DNA of 64,000 nt from a virus (lineage: Duplodnaviria; Heunggongvirae; Uroviricota; Caudoviricetes). Shown in pieces: positions 36,871-45,936 of the stretch (positions within the stretch are counted from its first letter, which is position 1; the number at the start of each line of letters is the position of its first letter). Where the stretch lies: IMG/VR virus record IMGVR_UViG_3300033146_002139, positions 103,707 through 167,706 of that record; one strand, written 5' to 3'. A program made the position numbers and the translations under genes. Below the pieces are notes generated by a model. It did not search any database, was not told where the DNA came from, and worked only from the letters and a program-made list of their open reading frames with translations.

Positions 36871-37024
36871 CGAGGTAGCGATGAGCAACAAAGCACTAGT
36901 AACAATTGTAAGGATAGTTTCAGTTAGCCTACTTAGTTTTATAATGTACAATGCAGATGTAATGTGGGGGCTTTAGTCGCAATATATTTATTGGCGGATA
37001 ATGTAGATTAAATAAGGGTTTAAA

Positions 37025-37798
37025 ATGAAAGAAAAGTTTAGAGCATTAAAAGGGTCTGAATTACTATCACTTAAAGATAAGTGGTTAATGAGAAAAGGTA
37101 TGCCACATATACACTATAATGTGACGGATATAAATACAGATACCGATTGTGTTATCGTAGGCAATGATTGGCGTTCAGCCACTCAGTTATTAAATGATTG
37201 GATTTACACAAACGATAAACCTGTAGGAATAGAGATAGAGTTAAGTTCAGATGGCTATACACTTGAAGAGTTTTTAGTTAGAGCCAATGATGACTGTAGT
37301 AATGTAGAGTTTAATGATGACGTGGAATGGCACATTACAAAAGCAAAGAACAGAGAAGAGTTGTCTAATTCTATTGTAGACGGATTAGATAATTATCGTA
37401 TCAAGCCTACACCTAAATACATTCGTCCTAAAGTAGGCTTTCGTGGTAGAATTAAAGGGGAGTTTTACAATCCTTTATTTTCAAGATGGGAGGAAGCTTC
37501 TTGCGTATCGATTATAAATGAAACAAGGTGTGAAGACCCTGGTGGAAATGGAATAGGGTATCTTTTATTATCAAAAGACAACACTTCTTTCTTTGCTAAT
37601 GAGTTTAGACTACTACCATTCTCAGCAGAGAATCCACCACCAGTGGGGACGAGGTTTAGAAAAGAAGGATGGGATAGTGATTATTGGGAAAGATACTACT
37701 CAGACGATAAAGACGGAGGTGTCTTTAGTGAAAACGGAAAATCCTACAAATGGAGCGAAGTAGAATTTATTGATTTTGAAAAATGCAAGGAGACTTAG
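37025..37798 (+). CDS. hypothetical protein
   Basis: 257 aa. Confidence 0.55.
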   Translation: MKEKFRALKGSELLSLKDKWLMRKGMPHIHYNVTDINTDTDCVIVGNDWRSATQLLNDWIYTNDKPVGIEIELSSDGYTLEEFLVRANDDCSNVEFNDDVEWHITKAKNREELSNSIVDGLDNYRIKPTPKYIRPKVGFRGRIKGEFYNPLFSRWEEASCVSIINETRCEDPGGNGIGYLLLSKDNTSFFANEFRLLPFSAENPPPVGTRFRKEGWDSDYWERYYSDDKDGGVFSENGKSYKWSEVEFIDFEKCKET

Positions 37799-38008
37799 AT
37801 GCAGAAAAGTTGCGGGAGTTGCAGATATTTTACGAAAATGTTAAATACAAAGCCAGGAACGATAAACGGTCTTTGCGAGATAGACGACTGCGGAGTTAGT
37901 ACAGACACCATATGTACAAAATGGAAAAGCATTAAAAACAAAAGAAACAAATATAAAACAAGAGAAAACATAAAAAATTATTTTTTAACGGAGACAGAAG
38001 ATGAGTAG
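37799..38008 (+). CDS. small Cys-rich protein
   Basis: CGSCRYF...CEIDDCG...CTKW. Confidence 0.45.
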   Translation: MQKSCGSCRYFTKMLNTKPGTINGLCEIDDCGVSTDTICTKWKSIKNKRNKYKTRENIKNYFLTETEDE

Positions 38009-38195
38009 CTCAAATAATAGTTCAGGCGGAGTAGGATTTTTAGGATTGTTAACAATAGTATTTATAGTATTGAAATTAACAGAAGTTATAAGTTGGAGTT
38101 GGATTTGGGTATTATCGCCTATTTTTATTCCAGCTGCAATTCTTGTCATTGTGGCAATAGGAACATTGATATTTTTAGGCTTGAGGGATATGTAA
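38001..38195 (+). CDS. small membrane protein (2 TM)
   Basis: GFLGLLTIVFIVL and IFIPAAILVIVAIGTLIFLGL. Confidence 0.45.
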   Translation: MSSSNNSSGGVGFLGLLTIVFIVLKLTEVISWSWIWVLSPIFIPAAILVIVAIGTLIFLGLRDM

Positions 38196-38389
38196 TGACA
38201 TACCTACATATATTAAACGAAACTAAAAAAGAAACAACAGTAAAAGAACTAAAAGACCATTGCGAAGAATATATGACAAACGATGAGAATATGGGTTGCG
38301 GAGAATGCAAATATAGAAGATTTTGCGAGGAATTTATCAAAAATAACAAATACCTGAGGGACACACCTCTTGAACTATTACTAAAATAA
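38195..38389 (+). CDS. small Cys-containing protein
   Basis: MTYLHILNETKK...CGECKYRRFCEEF; ATGA-type overlap with the preceding gene. Confidence 0.4.
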   Translation: MTYLHILNETKKETTVKELKDHCEEYMTNDENMGCGECKYRRFCEEFIKNNKYLRDTPLELLLK

Positions 38390-38429
38390 TCGAAAAATAA
38401 CTTGACAAAAAAGAAATAAAAGGTTACAT

Positions 38430-38786
38430 TTGATTACTACTTTTAAGGGCTATGAGATGAAAAAATTATACAGATACTCGTATCAAATCGACCACTCTAA
38501 CTTTTTCACTTTAGCTGTTGATGTGAAATTTATAAAAGAAGAATATTTTGTTTTAAAAGAAACAGAAAAATCATACATTATAAACTATGGATTCAGACAG
38601 AAGGTTGTAAGAAAAAAAGGAATAAATCTATTTGCTTTTGATACAGAAGAAAAAGCATTTTACAATTTTACCAATAGAAAAAAAAGTCAGCAAGAACATT
38701 TAAAAGCTAAACTTGCAGTAATAAATACTGTTGTTGAAAAGATAGATAAAGAGGGTTTTGATGGACAAAACAAATTTAGGAAATAG
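38430..38786 (+). CDS. hypothetical protein
   Basis: Preceded by TTGACA-17-TACATT at 38402-38430; an alternative start at ATG 38456 (MKKLYRY). Confidence 0.45.
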   Translation: MITTFKGYEMKKLYRYSYQIDHSNFFTLAVDVKFIKEEYFVLKETEKSYIINYGFRQKVVRKKGINLFAFDTEEKAFYNFTNRKKSQQEHLKAKLAVINTVVEKIDKEGFDGQNKFRK

Positions 38787-39576
38787 AATAAAAGACTATG
38801 AGGCGATAGAAAAAAAGAAGCTTTTTTCGCAAATTCCAATAGTAATTAGATTGGATGGTAAAAATTTTTCAAGATTTACAAAAGGAATGGAAAGACCATT
38901 TGACTTAAAGTTTAAAGAGATGATGCAAAAAACAACTAAATTCTTAGTTGACTATACAAATGCGAAAATAGGATACACACAGTCAGATGAAATATCGTTA
39001 GTGTTGTATTCTGATAACCACAAAAGACAAGTTTTTTTAGACGGAAAGAAGGATAAAATAAATTCTTTAATTGCTTCAAAATGCTCTGTGTTTTTCAATT
39101 CTTTACTTGAGGATTATTTTCCAGAAAGAAAAAGCTTGTTACCTATATTTGATTGTAGAAGTTTTAATGTTCCAACACTAGAAGAAGGGGTAAATGCAAT
39201 TCTATGGAGAGAATTAGATGCTACAAAAAACAGCATATCTATGTTAGCTCGACATCACTTTTCTCATAAACATCTACATGGGGTGCATACAGGAGATATG
39301 CTTGATATGCTTTACAGTATTGGAATCAATTGGAATGAACTAGAGACAAGCCTTAAAAGAGGGACTTATTACCAAAGAGTAAAAAGGCTAACCAAATTCA
39401 CTACATCTGAAATAGAAAAACTTCCCCCTAACCACGATGCTCTAACAAATCCAAACTTAATGATAGAAAGAAGTCTTGTCGAGAAGCTTGAGATGCCGAT
39501 AATAACAAAAGTTACAAACCAAACTAATGTGTTTTTTTACGGAGCTTTACCCAAAATAGAACTAAAGGATGTATAG
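38758..39576 (+). CDS. Thg1-like protein (tRNA-His guanylyltransferase family 3'-5' nucleotidyltransferase)
   Basis: IPIVIRLDGKNFSRF and KIGYTQSDEISLVL (the conserved SDE), plus a C-terminal NSISMLARHHFS region. Confidence 0.75.
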   Translation: MMDKTNLGNRIKDYEAIEKKKLFSQIPIVIRLDGKNFSRFTKGMERPFDLKFKEMMQKTTKFLVDYTNAKIGYTQSDEISLVLYSDNHKRQVFLDGKKDKINSLIASKCSVFFNSLLEDYFPERKSLLPIFDCRSFNVPTLEEGVNAILWRELDATKNSISMLARHHFSHKHLHGVHTGDMLDMLYSIGINWNELETSLKRGTYYQRVKRLTKFTTSEIEKLPPNHDALTNPNLMIERSLVEKLEMPIITKVTNQTNVFFYGALPKIELKDV

Positions 39577-39789
39577 ATGACACTAAAAGAGGCGACAGAA
39601 AAAGCTAATAAACTAAAATCAAATTATCGAGAGATGAATAAGTTAGAAGACGAAAATTTTGATTTATATGACGAACTAGAAGTTTTTATAAAAAATTCGA
39701 TAGATACTGAAAATGAAGCGATACTAGAAGAAAGTGGATTAACACTTACATTTTTAAGAAAATACAAATTCGAAAGCACGGAGTTTTAA
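39577..39789 (+). CDS. hypothetical protein
   Basis: 70 aa. Confidence 0.45.
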   Translation: MTLKEATEKANKLKSNYREMNKLEDENFDLYDELEVFIKNSIDTENEAILEESGLTLTFLRKYKFESTEF

Positions 39790-40532
39790 TGTTTAAAGGA
39801 AAAGCAATATATAAACCAGCGGGAAAAGCTAAAGAATATGCAGAATGGGCTTGTAATTTTTATGTAGGATGCTCAAGCGAATGTACTTACTGTTACCTAA
39901 AACAAGGTAGGGGAGCTAAAATTCTTGGAGGTAACATTCCAACTTTAAAAAAATGTTTTAAAGATGAAGAAGATGCAATCGAAATTTTCGAGAAAGAGCT
40001 ACTAAAAAACCTTGACGAAATTAGGGAAGACGGAATATTTTTCAGTTTTTCTACAGACCCCGCTATTAAAGAAACTTTCGGAATGACTGTAAGAGCTATC
40101 AATACCTGTATGGAATACTATGTTCCTGTGACGATTTTAACTAAGAGTAAGTTAACAGCTTTTACCATGTTTAATTGGGTTAACAAGATATATCACAACA
40201 ACTACAAAAATCTAGTAACTGTCGGAATCACACTAACAAGACATGACGAACTAGAACCTAATGCAGACACTAATCAGGAAAGAATAACAGGATTGTCGAG
40301 TTGCTATAATGCAGGGTTTAAGACTTTCGTGTCTATAGAACCTATAATTGACTTTCCTAGCTCAAAAAAAATGATAGAAGAAACTGTAGATGTCTGTAAT
40401 ATGTATAAAATCGGAATCAATAAAGGACAATCTTACGATAAATACGAAGCGGTAAAGTTTGCAACGTGGGTCAAAAATAATGTTTCTAATTACATGTTTA
40501 AGGATAGCTTTAAAAAGCTAATTGGAGAATAG
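39789..40532 (+). CDS. radical SAM protein (SplB/COG1533-like?)
   Basis: WACNFYVGCSSECTYCYL (Cx3Cx2C); 247 aa. Confidence 0.6.
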   Translation: MFKGKAIYKPAGKAKEYAEWACNFYVGCSSECTYCYLKQGRGAKILGGNIPTLKKCFKDEEDAIEIFEKELLKNLDEIREDGIFFSFSTDPAIKETFGMTVRAINTCMEYYVPVTILTKSKLTAFTMFNWVNKIYHNNYKNLVTVGITLTRHDELEPNADTNQERITGLSSCYNAGFKTFVSIEPIIDFPSSKKMIEETVDVCNMYKIGINKGQSYDKYEAVKFATWVKNNVSNYMFKDSFKKLIGE

Positions 40533-40725
40533 TATGAAGTTTATAGGCAAGGAAGAAACAGGAATGAGCACAGCAAGTAAAATAACTACTAATACTGTAT
40601 GGTATATATTTTTTATTCCAGTCAAATGGAAGAAAGAAATTAGAGACAGAAATGGAAAAGTGCTAAATAACGAAATCTTTTCACTGTTCAACTTCGGGAA
40701 TAATATACAGCAGAACGGAGGCTAG
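40522..40725 (+). CDS. hypothetical protein
   Basis: 67 aa. Confidence 0.35.
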   Translation: MENSMKFIGKEETGMSTASKITTNTVWYIFFIPVKWKKEIRDRNGKVLNNEIFSLFNFGNNIQQNGG

Positions 40726-40726
40726 G

Positions 40727-40960
40727 ATGAGCACAACATTTGCAATAAAACGAAAAGGATTTGAAAAGATAGACCTAAACAACGAAAATTCCTTTATAGA
40801 GGTAGCTTTCCAAGTATCTTCTATTGGATGGAAAAATGAACTTGGACCGTATCTACCACACTCCTTAAAAGTATATCCTATAGACAATGATAATGACGAA
40901 ATCTTCACCATTGGAGATATCGTAAGAAAAATAGAACATCCCGATACACAGGAGCAATAA
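40727..40960 (+). CDS. hypothetical protein
   Basis: 77 aa. Confidence 0.45.
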   Translation: MSTTFAIKRKGFEKIDLNNENSFIEVAFQVSSIGWKNELGPYLPHSLKVYPIDNDNDEIFTIGDIVRKIEHPDTQEQ

Positions 40961-41392
40961 ATGAAGAATGAAAAAAGAATAGTACTTAATAGAATAAAAA
41001 CACCTGACGGAACTATATTAACCAGCCATTCAAGACATGACTATGTAGTTTATACTGATAGTAATGGCTTTAGGTATTCTGTTGATGGTGGAAATGACTA
41101 TTTAAAAAGAAGTTTCCAAGATGGAGCTCCGCATTGTAAAGAGCTTTCTGTGTATTCCGATTCGCCGTTTGAGGAAATAAGAAAATCCTATCATAGAGGT
41201 GGTACTATAACGGGTGTATTAAAATGGGTTCCTTTAAATGAGATGAGCAACAAGTGGCTAGCAAATTGCATCGACTATAACATAGACAAAGGATTTGAAA
41301 AAGATTGCTTTCCTAATCAGATGTATCAAAGAGAATTAGACTACAGAAAAAAGAAAGACATATTTATTCCGGACGATAGAAATGACAAGTGA
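40961..41392 (+). CDS. hypothetical protein
   Basis: 143 aa. Confidence 0.5.
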   Translation: MKNEKRIVLNRIKTPDGTILTSHSRHDYVVYTDSNGFRYSVDGGNDYLKRSFQDGAPHCKELSVYSDSPFEEIRKSYHRGGTITGVLKWVPLNEMSNKWLANCIDYNIDKGFEKDCFPNQMYQRELDYRKKKDIFIPDDRNDK

Positions 41393-41912
41393 AATATGGA
41401 AAGGCGTGAAAGGACATGCGTCAACTCACCAAGCCTCAAATCGAGGGAGAGTAAGGAGTATAAAGAAAACAGAAACAGGATGGGCTGTAGGAAGAATGCT
41501 TACTCCAAGAGTAGATTCTGGAGGATATCATATCGTTGACCTAGTAAAAAGAGGAAACAAGAAGACTGTTTATGTTCACAGATTAGTAGCTATCGCACAC
41601 ATACCAAACCCAAAAAATTTGCCAGAAGTAAATCATATAGATGGAAACAAAAGCCATAACAATGTGGAAAATTTAGAATGGATGTCTAAAAGCGATAACA
41701 TCAAACATGCTTTTGCAACCGGACTTATCAAGAGAAACAAAGGAATTAAGCACGGAAGGTCAAAACTCAGCAATCATGATGTCCTTGAAATAAGAGACTT
41801 ATATAAAAATGACAAGAAAAAATGGACACACAGAAGATTGGCATCAAAATTTAAAGTAAGTTCTAATGCAATATTCAACATAGTAAACAATAAAACTTGG
41901 ACACATATATAA
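41382..41912 (+). CDS. HNH homing endonuclease (HNH_3/NUMOD type)
   Basis: YVHRLVAIAHIPNPKNLPEVNHIDGNKSHNNVENLEWMSKSDNIKHA. Confidence 0.7.
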   Translation: MTSEIWKGVKGHASTHQASNRGRVRSIKKTETGWAVGRMLTPRVDSGGYHIVDLVKRGNKKTVYVHRLVAIAHIPNPKNLPEVNHIDGNKSHNNVENLEWMSKSDNIKHAFATGLIKRNKGIKHGRSKLSNHDVLEIRDLYKNDKKKWTHRRLASKFKVSSNAIFNIVNNKTWTHI

Positions 41913-42151
41913 TGAATATAAAAAAAATATACTTAATAGCAGAGATAAAAGAAACTGGGAGTTTCCATAAAATCCCACTATCAAAAGAACAATCAGATAT
42001 GATAATGAACAATATTTTTGACCTATCAAAAGGAGTTCATATAGAAAAAGCTCCTATAGATATAAAACTAAATAAGGACGAGGTAAATGACACTGATAGA
42101 ATCAGCAATAGAACAGATAAGAGAAGATTTGGAAAGAGACAATCTAATTGA
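41897..42151 (+). CDS. hypothetical protein
   Basis: 84 aa; the start may be ATG 41912. Confidence 0.4.
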   Translation: MDTYIMNIKKIYLIAEIKETGSFHKIPLSKEQSDMIMNNIFDLSKGVHIEKAPIDIKLNKDEVNDTDRISNRTDKRRFGKRQSN

Positions 42152-42275
42152 CCTAATGGGTTTCCTGGAGACAGTACCAGAATGGAAACTACAAGATTAC
42201 TTAAGACCCGAAAATAACCAAGAAGATGGTTTTAGTGAATTTGACGAACAATTTAGAGAGTACGGAGATTACTAA
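42087..42275 (+). CDS. small highly acidic protein
   Basis: 62 aa, Glu/Asp-rich (EDLERDNLIDLMGFLETVPEW...EDGFSEFDEQFREYGDY). Confidence 0.4.
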   Translation: MTLIESAIEQIREDLERDNLIDLMGFLETVPEWKLQDYLRPENNQEDGFSEFDEQFREYGDY

Positions 42276-42748
42276 TGGGACAATATGATTTTAAAGCTGA
42301 TATAAAAATAGCCGAAACAACAGAAAAAGAAATATCTCAATTTTTAGTAAAGTATTACGGGTTTGAACATAAGAGATTTAATAGCGACTATAAATTTGAC
42401 TTAGTAATGGTAACTAACAGAAAAAAAGGAATCTTCATAGAAGTAAAAGAAGATTTCATGACAAAGGCGACCGGAAATGTAGCTTTAGAATACGAGTGCA
42501 GAGGAAAACCTTCAGGGATAAATACCTCCAAGGCTGATGTGTTTATTTATAAAGTACATACTAAAGAAAAAATAGATTACATAATGATTCCGACCTCACT
42601 GCTAAGAAAAGAAATACAAAATAAAACATATTTTAAAACACATACTACAGGAGGAGACTCTGGAAGTAATACACATAATTACTTATTCAAATACGAAACA
42701 TTTTTAAGTTTCGGAGTAGTATTAGATTTTGAGGGTTTAGATGATTAA
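42275..42748 (+). CDS. hypothetical protein (possible PD-(D/E)XK-like core)
   Basis: FDLVMV...IFIEVKED weakly resembles D...ExK. Confidence 0.5.
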   Translation: MGQYDFKADIKIAETTEKEISQFLVKYYGFEHKRFNSDYKFDLVMVTNRKKGIFIEVKEDFMTKATGNVALEYECRGKPSGINTSKADVFIYKVHTKEKIDYIMIPTSLLRKEIQNKTYFKTHTTGGDSGSNTHNYLFKYETFLSFGVVLDFEGLDD

Positions 42749-43016
42749 AATTTTAAAATTCACATCTCCAACGTGTAGACCGTGTAAAGTTATAATGCCT
42801 GTGCTAGAAAAGATATCGGAAAAATATGGCATAAAATTAGTAGAAATAGATAGAGACTCTAACAAAGAACTTGTAGAAAAGTACAATGTGAGAGGATTGC
42901 CAACTACGATACTTAAAGATGGTGCTTTTGTATACAGCTTTGAGGGTTACTACAATACGATAAGAAAAGAGATAGAAGATAAAATAGAGGAACATTGTGG
43001 CAAAAAGAGCATATAG
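42741..43016 (+). CDS. thioredoxin/glutaredoxin-like protein
   Basis: FTSPTCRPCKVIMPVL (CxxC active site); 91 aa. Confidence 0.55.
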   Translation: MIKILKFTSPTCRPCKVIMPVLEKISEKYGIKLVEIDRDSNKELVEKYNVRGLPTTILKDGAFVYSFEGYYNTIRKEIEDKIEEHCGKKSI

Positions 43017-43341
43017 CTCACTGTCTTTTAGTGAGACTAAAACTTGGGAGAGAATATTTATTCCTGATAATGAGTATTGGGAATTTGTAGGAAAGTGGAC
43101 ACAAATACTAACGGACATCTTAAGGATAAGCCCATTAAGCATAGCTCCTGAAGGGTGGCTAAAGCTTCAAGAAGAAAAATGGGACAATCTTTACAAGCCA
43201 AAAACAGAAGAAGAGATACAAGCATACAAAGACAGAATAAAAAACCTACCAGGCATTCAAAAGGAAGAAAAACAAAAAAAGAAAACAAAAAAGGAAATAG
43301 CAATGCTCGATGCAAATGCAACAGAGTTAAGCTTATTTTAA
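42997..43341 (+). CDS. hypothetical protein
   Basis: 114 aa with a Lys-rich tail. Confidence 0.45.
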   Translation: MAKRAYSSLSFSETKTWERIFIPDNEYWEFVGKWTQILTDILRISPLSIAPEGWLKLQEEKWDNLYKPKTEEEIQAYKDRIKNLPGIQKEEKQKKKTKKEIAMLDANATELSLF

Positions 43342-43351
43342 GGAGAAGAAA

Positions 43352-43927
43352 ATGATTAACAGAAAAAACACAAAAGTCGGAGATGTACTATCTGAAATAC
43401 AACATTATAGAGTTACTGATTTAACTAAAACAGAGATAGAAGTCGTAAACGAAAGAAATGAAAAATTTTGGATTGAAAACACTATAGCTGAAAACGGATG
43501 TAATTCTGCCACAGAATTTAACGAAGAAATAAAAGTAACTCGAACAGAGATAATAGATATTTTTTTAAAATCCTCAAGAATAGCCATGACTGTTGTTTTT
43601 AATAAACAAAAAAAAGAATCAGAGGCGAAAAAAGAGCTATATGCCTTATACGCCAAGGACAGTGGTAAAATCATATCTAAAGATGAATACAAAAAAAATG
43701 TAAACACAGTTATGAAAACTATTTTCAAAGGAGAAGAAAGGGTTATGACTGGGAGACATTACGGAAATTTAGACGAAAGAGGACGTATGTTTTTTATTGA
43801 TATGAAACAGCCAAACGAAACTGTTACGGCAAAAGACGGGACAGAATACGATAAAAGACAACGATTAGTAGACGGAAGGACTATAACATCTCTTATAGTT
43901 GATAATATCCGATACATAGTAAAGTAA
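43352..43927 (+). CDS. hypothetical protein
   Basis: 191 aa. Confidence 0.5.
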   Translation: MINRKNTKVGDVLSEIQHYRVTDLTKTEIEVVNERNEKFWIENTIAENGCNSATEFNEEIKVTRTEIIDIFLKSSRIAMTVVFNKQKKESEAKKELYALYAKDSGKIISKDEYKKNVNTVMKTIFKGEERVMTGRHYGNLDERGRMFFIDMKQPNETVTAKDGTEYDKRQRLVDGRTITSLIVDNIRYIVK

Positions 43928-43939
43928 AACGGAGAATAA

Positions 43940-44512
43940 ATGAATATATTTTTTACATCAGACCTACATCTTTTTCATAAAAAGATAATAGAATTTGAAA
44001 ATAGACCCTTTGCCTCTATAGAAGATATGACCGAAAAGTTAATCGAAAATTGGAATAAAGTAGTAAACAAGGGAGATGAGGTATTTATCTTAGGAGACTT
44101 TTCATTTGGAAAGCCAGAGGAAACTATGGATGCTTTAAAAAGGCTCAACGGTCAAAAATTTTTGGTTGAAGGAAATCACGATAGGGTAACGCCGGAGATT
44201 AAAAAACAGTTTGTATGGGTCAAGCCATATGTTAAAATCAAAAGAAAAAACAAAACTATGGTATTATGCCACTATCCAATACATGTATGGGAAAACCAAC
44301 ATTGGGGAACATTGCATTTTTATGGACATGTGCATAACGATAAAGCTAGAAAAACAATAAAGTGCGATATGGTTAATTCTTATAATGTTGGTGTAGATGT
44401 AAACAACTTTACTCCAGTGTTGATGGAAGATGCAATAATACTTGCTAGGCAAACAGAAAACAGAGTACAACCCTATATTATAAAGTCCTCAAGCAGTAGC
44501 AATAAATCGTAA
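43940..44512 (+). CDS. calcineurin-like metallophosphoesterase
   Basis: FFTSDLHLFH, ILGDFSF and VEGNHD (the MPP motifs D-x-H, GD, GNH[D/E]). Confidence 0.65.
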   Translation: MNIFFTSDLHLFHKKIIEFENRPFASIEDMTEKLIENWNKVVNKGDEVFILGDFSFGKPEETMDALKRLNGQKFLVEGNHDRVTPEIKKQFVWVKPYVKIKRKNKTMVLCHYPIHVWENQHWGTLHFYGHVHNDKARKTIKCDMVNSYNVGVDVNNFTPVLMEDAIILARQTENRVQPYIIKSSSSSNKS

Positions 44513-44723
44513 ATGATATATTTATTTACAGGGACTTTGAGACTAAGCTGGTTGTTAAGCGATTTACTGTTATCGTGAGTTTGCCCAGCTACCTATCTAC
44601 ATTAAACACCTACGGATTAGTCTAGTTCGTAGCAACTGTGAGGCAAGGAGAATGTTCGAATTGTCGTTAAGAGATGTAGCGTAGTTTGTCGAAGACAATT
44701 AAAACCTAATGGAGATGACTTAA
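44513..44723 (+). ncRNA. candidate IscB omega-RNA (structured 210-bp non-coding leader upstream of iscB)
   Basis: A non-coding interval, locally GC-enriched, with many short complementary segments (gggactttgagactaagctgg...cccagctacc, gcgtagtttgtcgaagacaatt), lying immediately 5' of iscB. Confidence 0.5.
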
Positions 44724-45923
44724 ATGTCAAAAATTTTTGTAACAGATAATAAAGACAAACCTTTGCTTCCAACAAGTGAAGCTAGAGCTAGATTGTTATT
44801 GAAAAATAATAAAGCTACTGTTGTGTCTATATTCCCTTTTACAATAAAACTTAAAAAAGAAATACTAAAACCAGCAGGAGAGTTTAAATGTGGAATAGAT
44901 GACGGAGCGAAATGGATAGGGATTGCAATTGCGAATAACAAAAAAGTTGTATTTGCAGGTAACATAAAACTGAGGCAAGATGTTAGCAGAAAAATACTTT
45001 CACGAAGTCAATATAGGCGAGCTAGGAGGACTAGAAATTTAAGACACCGTAAGGCTAGATTTTTAAACAGAGGCTCTAAAGGTTGGATTCCGCCAACAAT
45101 AAAACAAAAGAAAGATTCAGTTTTAAGAGTTATTGACTTTATGAAAAAACGATTAAACATAACCGAATGTGTTGTCGAACAGGGACAGTTCGATATTTCC
45201 TCGATGAGTGCAGGTTACAAGCTAACTGGGAAAGAATACCAATTAAGTCAATATAAAGGTAGTAACTTTAGAGAAAAAGTCCTTTGGAGAGATAAATTTG
45301 AATGTCAAAAATGCAAGTCAAAAGAGAGGCTTCAGGTACATCATATTACCTTCAAATCTAACGGTGGAACTAATATTGTTTCCAATGGAACAACTCTTTG
45401 TGAAAAGTGCCATAAATCCCTACACAATAAAGAGTGGGCATTAAAAAAGAAAGTAAAACACTTTAAATACCCAACTCATCTTCAGCAAGGAAAGAATTAT
45501 TTATTCTCTGAATTAAGTAAAAGGATTAGTAGTACAAGAATTTGTTTTGGCTGGATGACAAGTAAAAACAGAAAAGAATTGGGCTTAGAAAAAGACCATT
45601 ATTTGGACGCAAGTGCAATGATTAAAACAAACAAGTTCAATTGTACTCCTTATCAGATTAAGCCTAGAAGAAGCAAATTAAATATTAAAAGTGCAACTAA
45701 AAAATGTACAGAAAAAAACGGCTTTAGACATTTTGATATTGTTAAAAGCCATAATAGAAATCATGGAATTATTGTAGGCTCAATACGAAGCTTGAAGAAA
45801 TCGGCAATAACCTTAAGAACCTCTTTTGATGATAATTTCGCAGTAAGTTATAATAAAAGTAAAATACTAGAGCGACCTAAAGGTTTGATATTTATAAATC
45901 TACAGGTTATACAAAAACTATAA
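44724..45923 (+). CDS. iscB: IscB (OMEGA RuvC-HNH RNA-guided nuclease, Cas9-ancestor family)
   Basis: PLMP domain (NKDKPLLPTSEARARLL), RuvC-I CGIDDGAKWIGIAI, Arg-rich bridge helix RSQYRRARRTRNLRHRKARF, HNH CQKCKS...LQVHHITFKSNGGTNIVSNGTTLCEKCHKSLHN, RuvC-III KDHYLDA. Confidence 0.8.
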   Translation: MSKIFVTDNKDKPLLPTSEARARLLLKNNKATVVSIFPFTIKLKKEILKPAGEFKCGIDDGAKWIGIAIANNKKVVFAGNIKLRQDVSRKILSRSQYRRARRTRNLRHRKARFLNRGSKGWIPPTIKQKKDSVLRVIDFMKKRLNITECVVEQGQFDISSMSAGYKLTGKEYQLSQYKGSNFREKVLWRDKFECQKCKSKERLQVHHITFKSNGGTNIVSNGTTLCEKCHKSLHNKEWALKKKVKHFKYPTHLQQGKNYLFSELSKRISSTRICFGWMTSKNRKELGLEKDHYLDASAMIKTNKFNCTPYQIKPRRSKLNIKSATKKCTEKNGFRHFDIVKSHNRNHGIIVGSIRSLKKSAITLRTSFDDNFAVSYNKSKILERPKGLIFINLQVIQKL

Positions 45924-45936
45924 AGGAAGAGGAAGA

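Noticed and set aside
38001-38195. Holin call for the 2-TM 64-aa protein
   Set aside because: It is 15 kb away from the only recognisable endolysin (53054-53506) and there is no lysis-cassette context. I kept it as a generic small membrane protein.
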